A program made the translations under genes and the position numbers. From NCBI GenBank assembly GCA_036525085.1, contig DATDBB010000451.1:1-59318 (forward strand): a DNA stretch of 59,318 nucleotides, read 5' to 3'. This document shows, piece by piece, positions 8,964-17,958 of this stretch (positions are counted from its first letter, which is position 1; every line of letters begins with the position of its first letter). This stretch comes from Bosea sp. (in: a-proteobacteria). Lineage in GTDB: Bacteria; Pseudomonadota; Alphaproteobacteria; Rhizobiales; Beijerinckiaceae. The notes beneath the pieces are model-generated. The model searched no databases, had not been told where the DNA came from, and worked only from the letters and a program-made list of their open reading frames with translations.

Positions 8964-10691
8964 CTATCCCGGCGGCTGCGCGGCGTGCGGGGTGAGCACG
9001 GCGGCGGCGAAGACGGATACGGGCCTGTCGAACCCCTTCAGCGCGCGGGGAGCCAACTCGACCAGCGGCAGGCGCCTGCCGACCGCGTCCGCCGCGACGC
9101 GATCGACGAGGATCTCGCGGTCATAGGCGCCGGAGCACAGCCGCGCGGCGAGGTTCACCACATTACCGATCGCGGTGTAGTCGAGGCGGCCTTCGGAGCC
9201 GATCCGCCCGACGGTCGCCGGCCCCATCGCGAGACCGACGCCGAAGCCGAGCCGGTGGTCCAGCTCCTGGCGGCGGGCCAGGAGCTTCTGCACGTCCGAC
9301 TGCATGTCGCGGGCCATCGCCACGGCGCGCAGGGCCGGATCGGGGCAGGGCACCGGCGCGTTGACGAGCACCATCGCGCCGTCGCCGGAGAAGTTCGTCA
9401 GTGTCGCGCCATGCCTGCCGACCACTCTTTCGAGAGCGTCATAATACTCGCCCAGCAGATGGATGACGGTCTCGGGCTCGGCGCGTGCCGAGAAGGCGGT
9501 GAAGCCGCGCAGGTCGCAGAAGACCACGACGACCTCGACGCGCCGGCCATCGAGCACATGGTCGTCGCCGCTCCGGTCGACCAGTTCGGCGACCTGCGGC
9601 GCGAGGAAGCGCTTGAGCCGGCTGATGCGCTCGGAGCGCTCCTGCGAAACCGCCAATTCGCCAGCCATCTCGTTGAAACGGGCCGCGAGTCGCTCCAGCT
9701 CGTCTCCTGTCATGATGTCGATGCGGTGGTCGAACTGTCCGGCGCCGATCCGGGCGACCCCGTCTTCGAGCAGCAGGATCGGCCGGGTCATGCGCTGGGT
9801 CAGCCAGTAGGCGAGGGCCGCCGCCAGGGCGGCGCCGGCCACGAGCAGGCCCAGCGTGCGCCAGAGGGCGGCGTAGATCGGGCTGAAGGCCTCGGCGAGA
9901 GGCTGGCTGACGATGACGCTCCAGCCGGTCGCGGAGATCGGCGCCATCGCGGCCAGCACCGTGCCGCCCGCCAGGTCGCGGCCGGCGATCGCCTCGCCGG
10001 GGCGAGCCAGAATGGCTGCCCGCAGATCCCGCAGCGGCTGCGTCGCGGCATCGTCGGCGCGCAGCACCAGGCTGATGTCGGGATGAGCGATGAGGCGGCC
10101 CTGCCGGTCGAGCACGAAGGCCTCGCCGGTGCGCCCGACCCGTATCGCCGAAATCACGTCCCAGATGAATTTGAGGTTGACCTCGGCCACGGCGATGCCG
10201 GCGGCGGAGCGATTGCCAGAGACTGCAACCGTCATGAAGGGTTCCGAGCCGCGCTGGAAGGTCACGGGCCCGAACCAGGCGCGGTCCTCGCGGGCCCCGG
10301 TCACGGCCGGATCGGCGGAACGGTCGTCGCCGCCCTCGATCCGGTTGAGGCCGATACGGGATACGAAGAGGCGCTCCTTGCCGGCGGCATCGACCAGGGT
10401 GAGGCTGAGGACCGCCGGGACCTGGCGCAGCAGGAGCAGGGCGTCGAGCCTGCGCCTCTCATTGGCGATCTCGGACCAGGGCAGTTGCACGGTCCAGCCG
10501 AGCTGGTCGCGGATGCCTTCCATGAAATCCTGGATCCTGGCCGCCGCGGCCCGCGCCTCGGCATCGAGCAAGTCGTTCAGGCCGGCTCGCCGGTCGCGAT
10601 AGCCGAACCAGGCCTGGCTCCCGCCCGCGATCAGGAGCGGCACGACCACCGCCGCGAACAATGCGAGGAAATACTTGCTGAACAGCGACAT
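8964..10691 (-). CDS. Membrane class III nucleotide cyclase with Cache-like sensor and HAMP domain
   Basis: TM-periplasmic-TM-HAMP (TGDELERLAARFNEMA)-cyclase (VFCDLRGFT, FSGDG, YTAIGNVVNLAARL); alternative start 10754. Confidence 0.9.
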   Translation of the reverse strand: MSLFSKYFLALFAAVVVPLLIAGGSQAWFGYRDRRAGLNDLLDAEARAAAARIQDFMEGIRDQLGWTVQLPWSEIANERRRLDALLLLRQVPAVLSLTLVDAAGKERLFVSRIGLNRIEGGDDRSADPAVTGAREDRAWFGPVTFQRGSEPFMTVAVSGNRSAAGIAVAEVNLKFIWDVISAIRVGRTGEAFVLDRQGRLIAHPDISLVLRADDAATQPLRDLRAAILARPGEAIAGRDLAGGTVLAAMAPISATGWSVIVSQPLAEAFSPIYAALWRTLGLLVAGAALAAALAYWLTQRMTRPILLLEDGVARIGAGQFDHRIDIMTGDELERLAARFNEMAGELAVSQERSERISRLKRFLAPQVAELVDRSGDDHVLDGRRVEVVVVFCDLRGFTAFSARAEPETVIHLLGEYYDALERVVGRHGATLTNFSGDGAMVLVNAPVPCPDPALRAVAMARDMQSDVQKLLARRQELDHRLGFGVGLAMGPATVGRIGSEGRLDYTAIGNVVNLAARLCSGAYDREILVDRVAADAVGRRLPLVELAPRALKGFDRPVSVFAAAVLTPHAAQPPG

Positions 10692-10766
10692 TCGCGGTGG
10701 GGCGCGGGGATCGGACAAGGTGTTGCCTCCCGGGCGGCATGCCGGCCAGCTCATGCGGTCGGGGGC

Positions 10767-11750
10767 TCATTCGATCACGAGGTCGGCGCTGCTCAGAAGC
10801 GAGGGCGGAACGGCGAGGTCGAGGGTCCGGGCGGTCTTCAGATTGATGCACATCTCGACTTTGGTGACGCGCTGGACCGGAAGTTCCGACGGTTTCATGC
10901 CCTTGAGGATACGGCCGGCATAGATGCCGCTGTGCCGGTGAGACTGTTCGAAATCGCCGCCATAGCTCATCAGCCCGCCGGAAAGCGGGAAGTCGCGCGA
11001 TTGCATGATTGCCGGCACGGCGCGGGCGACGGCGAGCGCCGCGAGCTGCGGGCTGCGATAGGCGAAGTAGGGGTCGGAGGTGAAGACCAGGCCGCCGGCA
11101 CGCATGTCGAGGGCCGCGCTGAACAGGGCGTCGAATTCTGATTCGGCGCTGGCCTCGAGGACGCGCAGTTCCAGGCCGAGACTGTCTGCAGCAGCCCGGA
11201 GGCTTGCCAGTTGCGACTTTGCCGTCGGGCTCGCCCGATTGACGGCGATCGCGAAGAGCTTGATGTCCGGGCGCAGCTCGCTCATGAACTCCAGCCGCTT
11301 GCGCGAGACCTCGACGCTCAGGCTGGACACGCCCGTCAGATTGCCGGCCGGTCGGGACAGGCTGTCCACGATACCCAGCGCAACGGGGTCGCCTCCCATC
11401 TCGAACACGATCGGAATGACGGAGGTCGCTGCCTTGGCCGCGAGCGCGACCTCGGCGCCGCCAGGCGCGACGATCACGTTGACCTGGCGGTCGGCCAGAT
11501 CCTTCGCCAGCGTCGGCAAGCGGCGGTACTGGCCTTCGGCCCAAAGATAATCGACGGCGACATTGCGCCCCTCGAAATATCCGGCCTCGGCCAGTCCGGC
11601 CCGGAAGGCGGCAAGACGGCTGGCGTAGCGGTCGGGCGTTTCCGAGCCGAGATAGCCGATCACCGGCATCGGGGGCTGCTGCGCGTGGGCGGGCAGAGCC
11701 CACGATGCCAGCGCCCCGCCGAGGAGCGCGACGACGTCGCGCCGCCTCAT
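10767..11750 (-). CDS. ABC-type substrate-binding protein (ABC_sub_bind family)
   Basis: MRRRDVVALLGG...AHAQQ signal, PVIGYL, IPIVF..GGDPV..G, GGLMSYG, ADLVIE. Confidence 0.9.
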   Translation of the reverse strand: MRRRDVVALLGGALASWALPAHAQQPPMPVIGYLGSETPDRYASRLAAFRAGLAEAGYFEGRNVAVDYLWAEGQYRRLPTLAKDLADRQVNVIVAPGGAEVALAAKAATSVIPIVFEMGGDPVALGIVDSLSRPAGNLTGVSSLSVEVSRKRLEFMSELRPDIKLFAIAVNRASPTAKSQLASLRAAADSLGLELRVLEASAESEFDALFSAALDMRAGGLVFTSDPYFAYRSPQLAALAVARAVPAIMQSRDFPLSGGLMSYGGDFEQSHRHSGIYAGRILKGMKPSELPVQRVTKVEMCINLKTARTLDLAVPPSLLSSADLVIE

Positions 11751-11888
11751 TCGAGGGACGGGGGCGGCCAAGGCGGAGGGCACGAAGCGCAAGGCCGTCT
11801 CTCCTTCCAACCAACATTGCCGGTCAGCATGAAGCATACAATCTTAACCATGCGCCCGGCCGCGGTATAGTCGGGTGTCGAGCCTCCG

Positions 11889-12731
11889 TCAGCGCCGCGT
11901 GACGACGACCTCCAGATAGGCGCTCGGGACGACAACCGTTGCGTCTCCGGACCGGTTGAACCGGGCGATCAACGCCTTCAGGTCCTGCTCCAGCGCCTGC
12001 TGGGCCGGCGGCGCCAGGGCCGCGAAGGTCTTGAGCAGGGGGCCGTAATAGCCCCTGAAGACCTCGAGCCAATGCTCCGGCGAGCGGTAGCGGAAGACGA
12101 AATGGCGTTCCGTCGCCTCGATCGTGGCCTCGCGAGCCGGGAAGAGCTCGGCGAGCCGCGCCCGTGTGCCCCACAGCGCCGGCGATCGTGCGCCGGCCGG
12201 CGGCGGCATGTGCTGCCCGATGGTCTTGAAGAGCTGGCCGATGAAGCCCTCGGGCGTCCAGTTGGCCATCCCGATCTTGCCGCCGGGCCGGCAGACGCGC
12301 AGGAGTTCGCCGGCGGCGCGCTCCTGGTCGGGCGTGAACATCACGCCGAAGGTCGAGAGCACCGCGTCGAAGCTGGCATCCGGGAAGGGCAGGGCCTCCG
12401 CATCGGCCTCGCGAAACACCATCTCCAGGCGCTCGGCTCCGGCCCGCTCGCGGGCCCGGTCGAGCAGGGCGCCGACATAGTCCGTGCTCGTCACCTTGCA
12501 CCAGCGCCGTGCGGCGGCCAGGCTCGCATTGCCGTTGCCGGCGGCGACGTCGAGCACCGTCTGCCCGGCTCGCAGGTCGAGGGCCTCGCAAAGGTTCTCT
12601 CCGACGATTTGCAGGGTGGTGCCGACGACGGCATAATCGCCGGACGACCAGGCGCCGTGCTGGCGGGTCTTGATCGCGGCGAAATCGACGGTCGGTGCGG
12701 CTTGGCTCTGGATCGTGGCGGTAGCTGACAT
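11889..12731 (-). CDS. Class I SAM-dependent methyltransferase
   Basis: VLDVAAGNG, ADAEALPFPDASFDAV, RVCRPGG. Confidence 0.92.
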   Translation of the reverse strand: MSATATIQSQAAPTVDFAAIKTRQHGAWSSGDYAVVGTTLQIVGENLCEALDLRAGQTVLDVAAGNGNASLAAARRWCKVTSTDYVGALLDRARERAGAERLEMVFREADAEALPFPDASFDAVLSTFGVMFTPDQERAAGELLRVCRPGGKIGMANWTPEGFIGQLFKTIGQHMPPPAGARSPALWGTRARLAELFPAREATIEATERHFVFRYRSPEHWLEVFRGYYGPLLKTFAALAPPAQQALEQDLKALIARFNRSGDATVVVPSAYLEVVVTRR

Positions 12732-12848
12732 CGTTCGCTCTCCCTATGAGTGGCCGTACTGCTATGATGCGGCCGATGCCTGCGACCCGCAGGGACAGGC
12801 CTGTCGTCGCGAACGCTGCGACGATGCCGCGAAGACTACTGGCCACTC

Positions 12849-12891
12849 GTGGAAACGAGCGTGGGAGCCGGTGTGGAAATGGCCGTGGAAT
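12849..12891 (+). repeat. Four GTGGAA-like units at exact 12-bp spacing
   Basis: GTGGAAA 12849, GTGGGAG 12861, GTGGAAA 12873, GTGGAAT 12885. Confidence 0.7.
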
Positions 12892-14909
12892 CCGACCTCG
12901 CCAACGTCCCCGGCGCGAGCACCGCCTTGCAGGTGCGGCTGCTCGGAGCGCTTGCCATCCGGCAAAACGGGACGCTTCTGGCGCTTCCGGGCTCGCGGAA
13001 GGTCCGCGCACTCTTCGGCTATCTCGCGCTGGCGCCGCAAGCCGTCTCGCGGACGAGGCTTTGCGAACTGCTCTGGGACGTTCCCAACGATCCGCGCGGT
13101 GAATTGCGCTGGTGCCTGAGCAAGATCAGGCATCTCGTCGACGAGCCCGGCAGGCAAAGACTCCGCGCGCAGTCCGACACGGTGCGGCTCGACCTGTCGG
13201 ATTGCAGCATGGATGCGCGCGACATCGCGCATGCGAGCCAGGCGGGCCTCGGCTCGCTCGGCCCGGCGCAGGCGAGAGCCCTTGCGGCGCTCTTCGAGGG
13301 CGAGTTTCTCGATGGCCTCGAAATCGACCGCTGCCCGGCCTTCGGCAACTGGCTCGTGGCGCAGCGGCGGCGCTTCCATTCCATCCATATCGCCCTGCTG
13401 GAAAGGCTCGTCGCGAGCGATGAGGACCAGGGCGACGGCCATCTGGAGCACTGGCTGGAACTGGCTCCGTTCGATCTGAACGCGCATGGCTTCCTGTTCG
13501 GAAGGCTGGCGCGCCACGGCCAGCTTGGCGACGGCGACGCGCATCTGGCGGCAGCGAGCCGCCTGTTCGAGGCGGAAGGCTTCGACGCTGCGCCGTTGCG
13601 CCAGGCCTGGGCTGCGGCCAAAGTGCGGGACTCCGAGCGCCCGCAGGCCGTCGTCGCCGCGGTTCCTGCCAGCGCTCCGGACGCCGGCATGACAGAGGAT
13701 CGCGGAGCCGCCGGCATCGCGGGGCAGCGGGCCTCGATCGCCGTGATGCCGTTCATCGACCAGTCCCCCGCGGCCGGAGAGGATGGCGGGGCGGGGGCTG
13801 CGCTCGTCCGTGACGTGATCACGCGGCTGGCGAAGCTGCGCTGCCTCTTCGTGATCGCGCAGGGCTCCGTCTTCAGGTTGCACGAGCGGCATATCGGCCC
13901 GCAGCAGGCCGGCCGCATGCTCAAGGTCCGGTATGTCGTCAGCGGATCGCTGCGGCGCCAGGGAGGGCGCCTGACGATTACCGTCGAACTGGCCGAGACG
14001 GAAGACGGCCGCGTCGTCTGGGCGGAGATCTTCAACCGGGCGGCGGACGACACTTTCGCGGTTCTCGACGAGATCGGCGACCGCATCGTCGCCTGCATCG
14101 CCAGCGAGGTCGAGGCGGCCGAGCGCAACCGGGCGATCCTGAAGCCGCCCAACGGCCTCGACGCCTGGGAGGCGCATCATCGCGGCCTCTGGCACATGTA
14201 CCGCTTCAACCAGGCCGACAACGACAAGGCGCGCGTTTTCTTCGAGCGGGCGATCACGCTCGATCCGACTTTCGCGCGCGCCTATGCCGGCCTGTCCTTC
14301 ACTTATTTCCAGAACGCCTTCCAGGGCTGGACGGCACGCGCGCCGCAGATCGATCTCGCCTTCGCGGCGGCCGGGCAGAGCCTCATGGTCGATGACCGCG
14401 ATCCGGCGGCGCATTGGGCGATGGGCCGGGCGCTCTGGCTGCGCGGCCGCCTCGACCAGTCTGTCACGGAGCTGGAGCAGGCGATCGCGCTCAGCCCGAA
14501 CTTCGCCCAGGGGCATTATGCGCTGGCCTTCGTCCATTCGCAGGCCGGCGATGCCACCGCCGCGATCGCCTCCTCGGATCACTCGCGCCAGCTCAGCCCC
14601 TACGACCCGATGCTGTTCGGCATGCTCGGCGCCCGCGCCATGGCGCTGGTCCGCCTCGGGCGCTTCGACGAGGCCGCCGACTGGGCGATCAGGGCCGCGG
14701 CCCGCCCGAACGCGCATGCGCAGATCCTGGCGATCGCCGCGCTGTCGCTGGGGCTCGCCGGGCGGTTCGACCAGGCGCAGCTCTATCTGGCGACGATCCG
14801 GCGGGCGCTGCCACGCTACGGCATCGAGGACTTCCTCACTGCGATGCATTTCACGCCCGAAGGCGCGCAGCTGTTTCGCGATGGTGGGCGCAGGATCGGC
14901 CTGACCTGA
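12879..14909 (+). CDS. SARP/BTAD-type transcriptional regulator with TolB-like and TPR domains
   Basis: VRLLGAL, SRKVRALFGYL, LCELLW...LRWCLSKIR, SIAVMPF, TPR repeats; start could be GTG 12849. Confidence 0.87.
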   Translation: MAVESDLANVPGASTALQVRLLGALAIRQNGTLLALPGSRKVRALFGYLALAPQAVSRTRLCELLWDVPNDPRGELRWCLSKIRHLVDEPGRQRLRAQSDTVRLDLSDCSMDARDIAHASQAGLGSLGPAQARALAALFEGEFLDGLEIDRCPAFGNWLVAQRRRFHSIHIALLERLVASDEDQGDGHLEHWLELAPFDLNAHGFLFGRLARHGQLGDGDAHLAAASRLFEAEGFDAAPLRQAWAAAKVRDSERPQAVVAAVPASAPDAGMTEDRGAAGIAGQRASIAVMPFIDQSPAAGEDGGAGAALVRDVITRLAKLRCLFVIAQGSVFRLHERHIGPQQAGRMLKVRYVVSGSLRRQGGRLTITVELAETEDGRVVWAEIFNRAADDTFAVLDEIGDRIVACIASEVEAAERNRAILKPPNGLDAWEAHHRGLWHMYRFNQADNDKARVFFERAITLDPTFARAYAGLSFTYFQNAFQGWTARAPQIDLAFAAAGQSLMVDDRDPAAHWAMGRALWLRGRLDQSVTELEQAIALSPNFAQGHYALAFVHSQAGDATAAIASSDHSRQLSPYDPMLFGMLGARAMALVRLGRFDEAADWAIRAAARPNAHAQILAIAALSLGLAGRFDQAQLYLATIRRALPRYGIEDFLTAMHFTPEGAQLFRDGGRRIGLT

Positions 14910-15084
14910 AGCGATCGACGCATGGCTCGCCGGCTTCAGCCGTTTGCGACGCCATTCCGGCGGTGCCGCCGGATCGCGAAGATGCCGAATGCACCCATCT
15001 GAGCGGCCATCGATGTGAAATCCAATCGTAGATTCACAACTGCCAACCGTTTTCATTCGGTCGAATCCGGCTCCTCGAACTTCG

Positions 15085-15312
15085 ATGTTCCGCTCGTGCC
15101 CCGATGCCATTCGGGTGCGAATCCTCCAGGGATGGCTCGACTGCCTCTTTCGGGTGGTCCATGCGGCGATGGAGTTCGCAGCGGCGGTGGGGAGAGGATG
15201 GCGCCAGCGCCGAGCCCATCGGGTTTTGGCGCGCCTCGGGCCTGGCCGCGGCGTCGATACCGTCGACCGCCTCAGCTGCGGTGGTCGACGGTGGAGGCGA
15301 GAGCCGAGGTAA
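15085..15312 (+). CDS. Possible small protein with weak DUF1127-like segment
   Basis: WRQRRAHRVLARL resembles the first half of DUF1127 but the LxDIG motif is absent; a hairpin follows the stop. Confidence 0.25.
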   Translation: MFRSCPDAIRVRILQGWLDCLFRVVHAAMEFAAAVGRGWRQRRAHRVLARLGPGRGVDTVDRLSCGGRRWRREPR

Positions 15313-15333
15313 TCTGAAAGGGTTACCTCCTTT
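15306..15333 (+). terminator. 10-bp hairpin with GAAA tetraloop and short U-run
   Basis: GAGGTAATCT-GAAA-GGGTTACCTC-CTTT; two G-U pairs imply a plus-strand RNA. Confidence 0.55.
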
Positions 15334-15424
15334 GCGTCGGCGGGAACCCCTTTGCTCGCTTCACCGTGCAGTGCACCAAGCGTAAGCTTCTTTGCAATTG
15401 TTCTGGGTTGAGTAGGGGGCAGTC

Positions 15425-16153
15425 GTGTTTCCGAGCGCACAAATCTCTGCGGCACAGATTTCCGCGACGGAGTTGCAGGACGCTGCGCAGAAGATCAAGG
15501 CTCTTCGTCGGGCCGCGACCGAACATGCCGTCGAGATCGGGCGCGAATTGCTTCGCGTCAAGGAGAGATTGCCTCACGGCGTTTTCGTCAAATGGGTCGA
15601 GAAGGCTTGTGAATTCAAGATCAGGACCGCGCAAGACTTGATGAAGCTTGCGCGGGAGGCGGATTCCGATGCGAACACGAAGCTCGTCGCGCTGATGGTT
15701 CCATCGACCCTTCGCGTCTATCTTTCCAAGACGACCCCTCCGGCGGTTCGCAACACGATCCTGAAGCGTCTGGAGAACGGCGAGCGCGTGTCGCGCAGCG
15801 AGCTGCATTCCCAGGTTTCCGATACGAGAGCGAAGGCAAAGACGACTGATCGCCCGGCGCAGGAGGGATTTTCCTCATCGTTTCTCGCCGGTCGCGAGCT
15901 TCCCCGGGCATCCGACGTAGCCCGAAGCCATGCGGGCGGCGACCAGGCACGCATGGTTGCGGAGTTGATCCTTCGCCGGCTCAGTTCAGACGATTACCGG
16001 ATCATCATGGAGTGCATAAACTGGGAGGTCTGGAACAAGGCCTTTGTCTGGATGAAGTCGGCGCGCGTTCTCGAGTCCGATCGCGTCGAATTGAGCCTGC
16101 CAAACCCGAAAGATCATCGATCCATCGAAGTCGCGTCGTCAAAAGTTCAATAA
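15425..16153 (+). CDS. DUF3102-domain protein (usually phage-associated, putative DNA binding)
   Basis: AVEIGRELLRVKERLPHGVFVKWVE..CEFKIRTAQDLMKLA matches the DUF3102 pattern. Confidence 0.8.
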   Translation: MFPSAQISAAQISATELQDAAQKIKALRRAATEHAVEIGRELLRVKERLPHGVFVKWVEKACEFKIRTAQDLMKLAREADSDANTKLVALMVPSTLRVYLSKTTPPAVRNTILKRLENGERVSRSELHSQVSDTRAKAKTTDRPAQEGFSSSFLAGRELPRASDVARSHAGGDQARMVAELILRRLSSDDYRIIMECINWEVWNKAFVWMKSARVLESDRVELSLPNPKDHRSIEVASSKVQ

Positions 16154-16297
16154 ATTTCGAATCAGATTATTTTATTTTAGTCAAAGAACATATTCTGGAT
16201 TGAGTTTCAAATGAACCAATATTTTTGACCTGTCTTTCCCATTGAGAAGCGTCATTTCGAAAATGGAACGGTAGGTGCATAGAGATCGGAAGTTCCA

Positions 16298-17941
16298 ATG
16301 TCTGTCTATATTGACCAGCGCCAGACATTTTCAGAGCGCCAGACATTGACGACGCTAGACTTTCTCAGTCTGCGTCGTCGCTGGAAACTGGTCGGCACGT
16401 GCGTTGCGGTCTCGGTCGCGCTGGGCCTTTCCTTCATTGCGCTCAGGCCGCCGAGCTATACGGCGTCGACCCAGCTCCTGATCTATGTCAAGGAAGTCCA
16501 GCCTGGTCCCGATCTCGTCATTTCGCTAGGGCGGGCCGATCTCACGCAGGTCGAGAACGAGAGCGAGATCATTCGCTCCCGCGGCTCCCTGGCCAAAGTC
16601 GTACGATCGCTGAACCTGACCGACGACCCGGAATTCGCGCCGGCGACGACACCGCTTCGCAGGATCGTGCAGTGGCTTTCGGGGCCGTCGCTGACCGGCG
16701 AGCCGCGAACCGCGTCCGACGAGGGGAGCAGCAAGCGAGGCGTCCCGCAGGATGCCGCCCAAGATGCCGCCCAAGGCCTGGCCCAGGATGTCGCTCGAGA
16801 CCTGGCCGTCGAGGCCCTTGCCCGGCAAGTCACCGTCAAGCGGGTCGGGACCAGCCATACCGTCCTCGTCAGCGTGAAGACATCCGATCCGGACAAGTCC
16901 ACGCGCATTGCGAATGCCATCGGCCAAGCCTTGATTCAGGGGCGTGGCGGCCCAGAGCAGGGCGGCGACAGGTCGCCTTTGCTGCGGGAGCGGCTGCAGG
17001 GGTTGGGGCCCAGTGCCTATTTGATCACGCCGGCCCTTGCTCCCGACAGGCCGGACGGGCCGCGGAAGATCCTCGTCATGCTGGCCGCGATCATGGCTGG
17101 TTCCATGATCGGGTCGGTGCTGGCTCTGCTGCTGGATTTCAAGGACAGGACGATCCGCACCGCCGGTCAGGTCGAGAATCTGGGCCTCGAATGCATCGGT
17201 GCAATTCCGTTGCTCAAATCCAGGAGAGTGGCGGCCTCGAGCCGGAGCGAGCCCGGCAAGCAGCTTGACGGCGACGACGATCCGCTCCTGCCGGTTCCCT
17301 TGCAGCAGCAGACGCTTCTGCGCGCGACGGCGGCGCTCGAGGCTGCGGGGGCGCGCATCGTCGGCATCGCCTCGCCGACGGCCGGAGAGGGTGCGACGAC
17401 CGTGGCAAGGCAACTCGCGCGCATCGCGGCCCGCAGCCAGAGGAAAGTCCTGCTGGTGGAGGGCGAGGCGCAGTTCGGGCCGGCGGAACTCTCCGATCCG
17501 CAGTTGCAGCCATGCGGCGGCCATATTCGGAGCGGCGCCGGCAACGGTCTCGATGTGCTCGCGGCGTCGACTCCCGGCGACAAGGGCGGCGCCGACTGGC
17601 GGGCGCATTGTGGTCGGACAGCACTGGCCGCCTACGATCTGATCGTCGTCAGCCTGCCGCCTCTCGAAAGCGGCGCAGAGTTTCGAATGGTGGCGCGCAC
17701 CGTCGACGGGATCCTGCTGGTGATGAAGTGGGGCGGCGCGGAGATGGTCCGGATCGAGCGCGCCTTCGCCATATCGGGCGCTGCCTCATCGGACTTCATC
17801 GGAGCTGTCCTGAACATGGTCGACGACCGGATGATCGGACTCTTCGGAGACAAATTCTGGAAGGCGGAAGTCTTGACGGCCGCCCGACAGCGCCTGTTCT
17901 CGCCTGCCACGCCAACCCACCCAGTTGCCAGACACTCATGA
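16298..17941 (+). CDS. Wzc/GumC-like polysaccharide co-polymerase, short form with degenerate kinase domain
   Basis: TM + YTASTQL, EIIRSR, second TM, DRTIRT..QVE, SPTAGEGATT, DGILLVMKWG, GAVLN. Confidence 0.85.
   Translation: MSVYIDQRQTFSERQTLTTLDFLSLRRRWKLVGTCVAVSVALGLSFIALRPPSYTASTQLLIYVKEVQPGPDLVISLGRADLTQVENESEIIRSRGSLAKVVRSLNLTDDPEFAPATTPLRRIVQWLSGPSLTGEPRTASDEGSSKRGVPQDAAQDAAQGLAQDVARDLAVEALARQVTVKRVGTSHTVLVSVKTSDPDKSTRIANAIGQALIQGRGGPEQGGDRSPLLRERLQGLGPSAYLITPALAPDRPDGPRKILVMLAAIMAGSMIGSVLALLLDFKDRTIRTAGQVENLGLECIGAIPLLKSRRVAASSRSEPGKQLDGDDDPLLPVPLQQQTLLRATAALEAAGARIVGIASPTAGEGATTVARQLARIAARSQRKVLLVEGEAQFGPAELSDPQLQPCGGHIRSGAGNGLDVLAASTPGDKGGADWRAHCGRTALAAYDLIVVSLPPLESGAEFRMVARTVDGILLVMKWGGAEMVRIERAFAISGAASSDFIGAVLNMVDDRMIGLFGDKFWKAEVLTAARQRLFSPATPTHPVARHS
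16748..16807 (+). repeat. Five imperfect 12-bp coding repeats (QDAA QDAA QGLA QDVA RDLA)
   Basis: caggatgccgcc caagatgccgcc caaggcctggcc caggatgtcgct cgagacctggcc. Confidence 0.75.
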
Positions 17942-17958
17942 AGCGGAGAGGGGCTACA

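Noticed and set aside
12849-12891. CRISPR array (also considered for the repeats at 5724, 16748 and 20019)
   Set aside because: Units are 9-14 bp without unique spacers and no cas genes are present
15320-15333. 16S rRNA 3' end fragment, or a perfect minus-strand RBS (AAAGGAGGT)
   Set aside because: No other rRNA similarity, and no start codon at a suitable distance on the minus strand
15425-16153. Prophage or integrative element boundary
   Set aside because: No integrase, transposase, tRNA or att-like direct repeats recognised around the island
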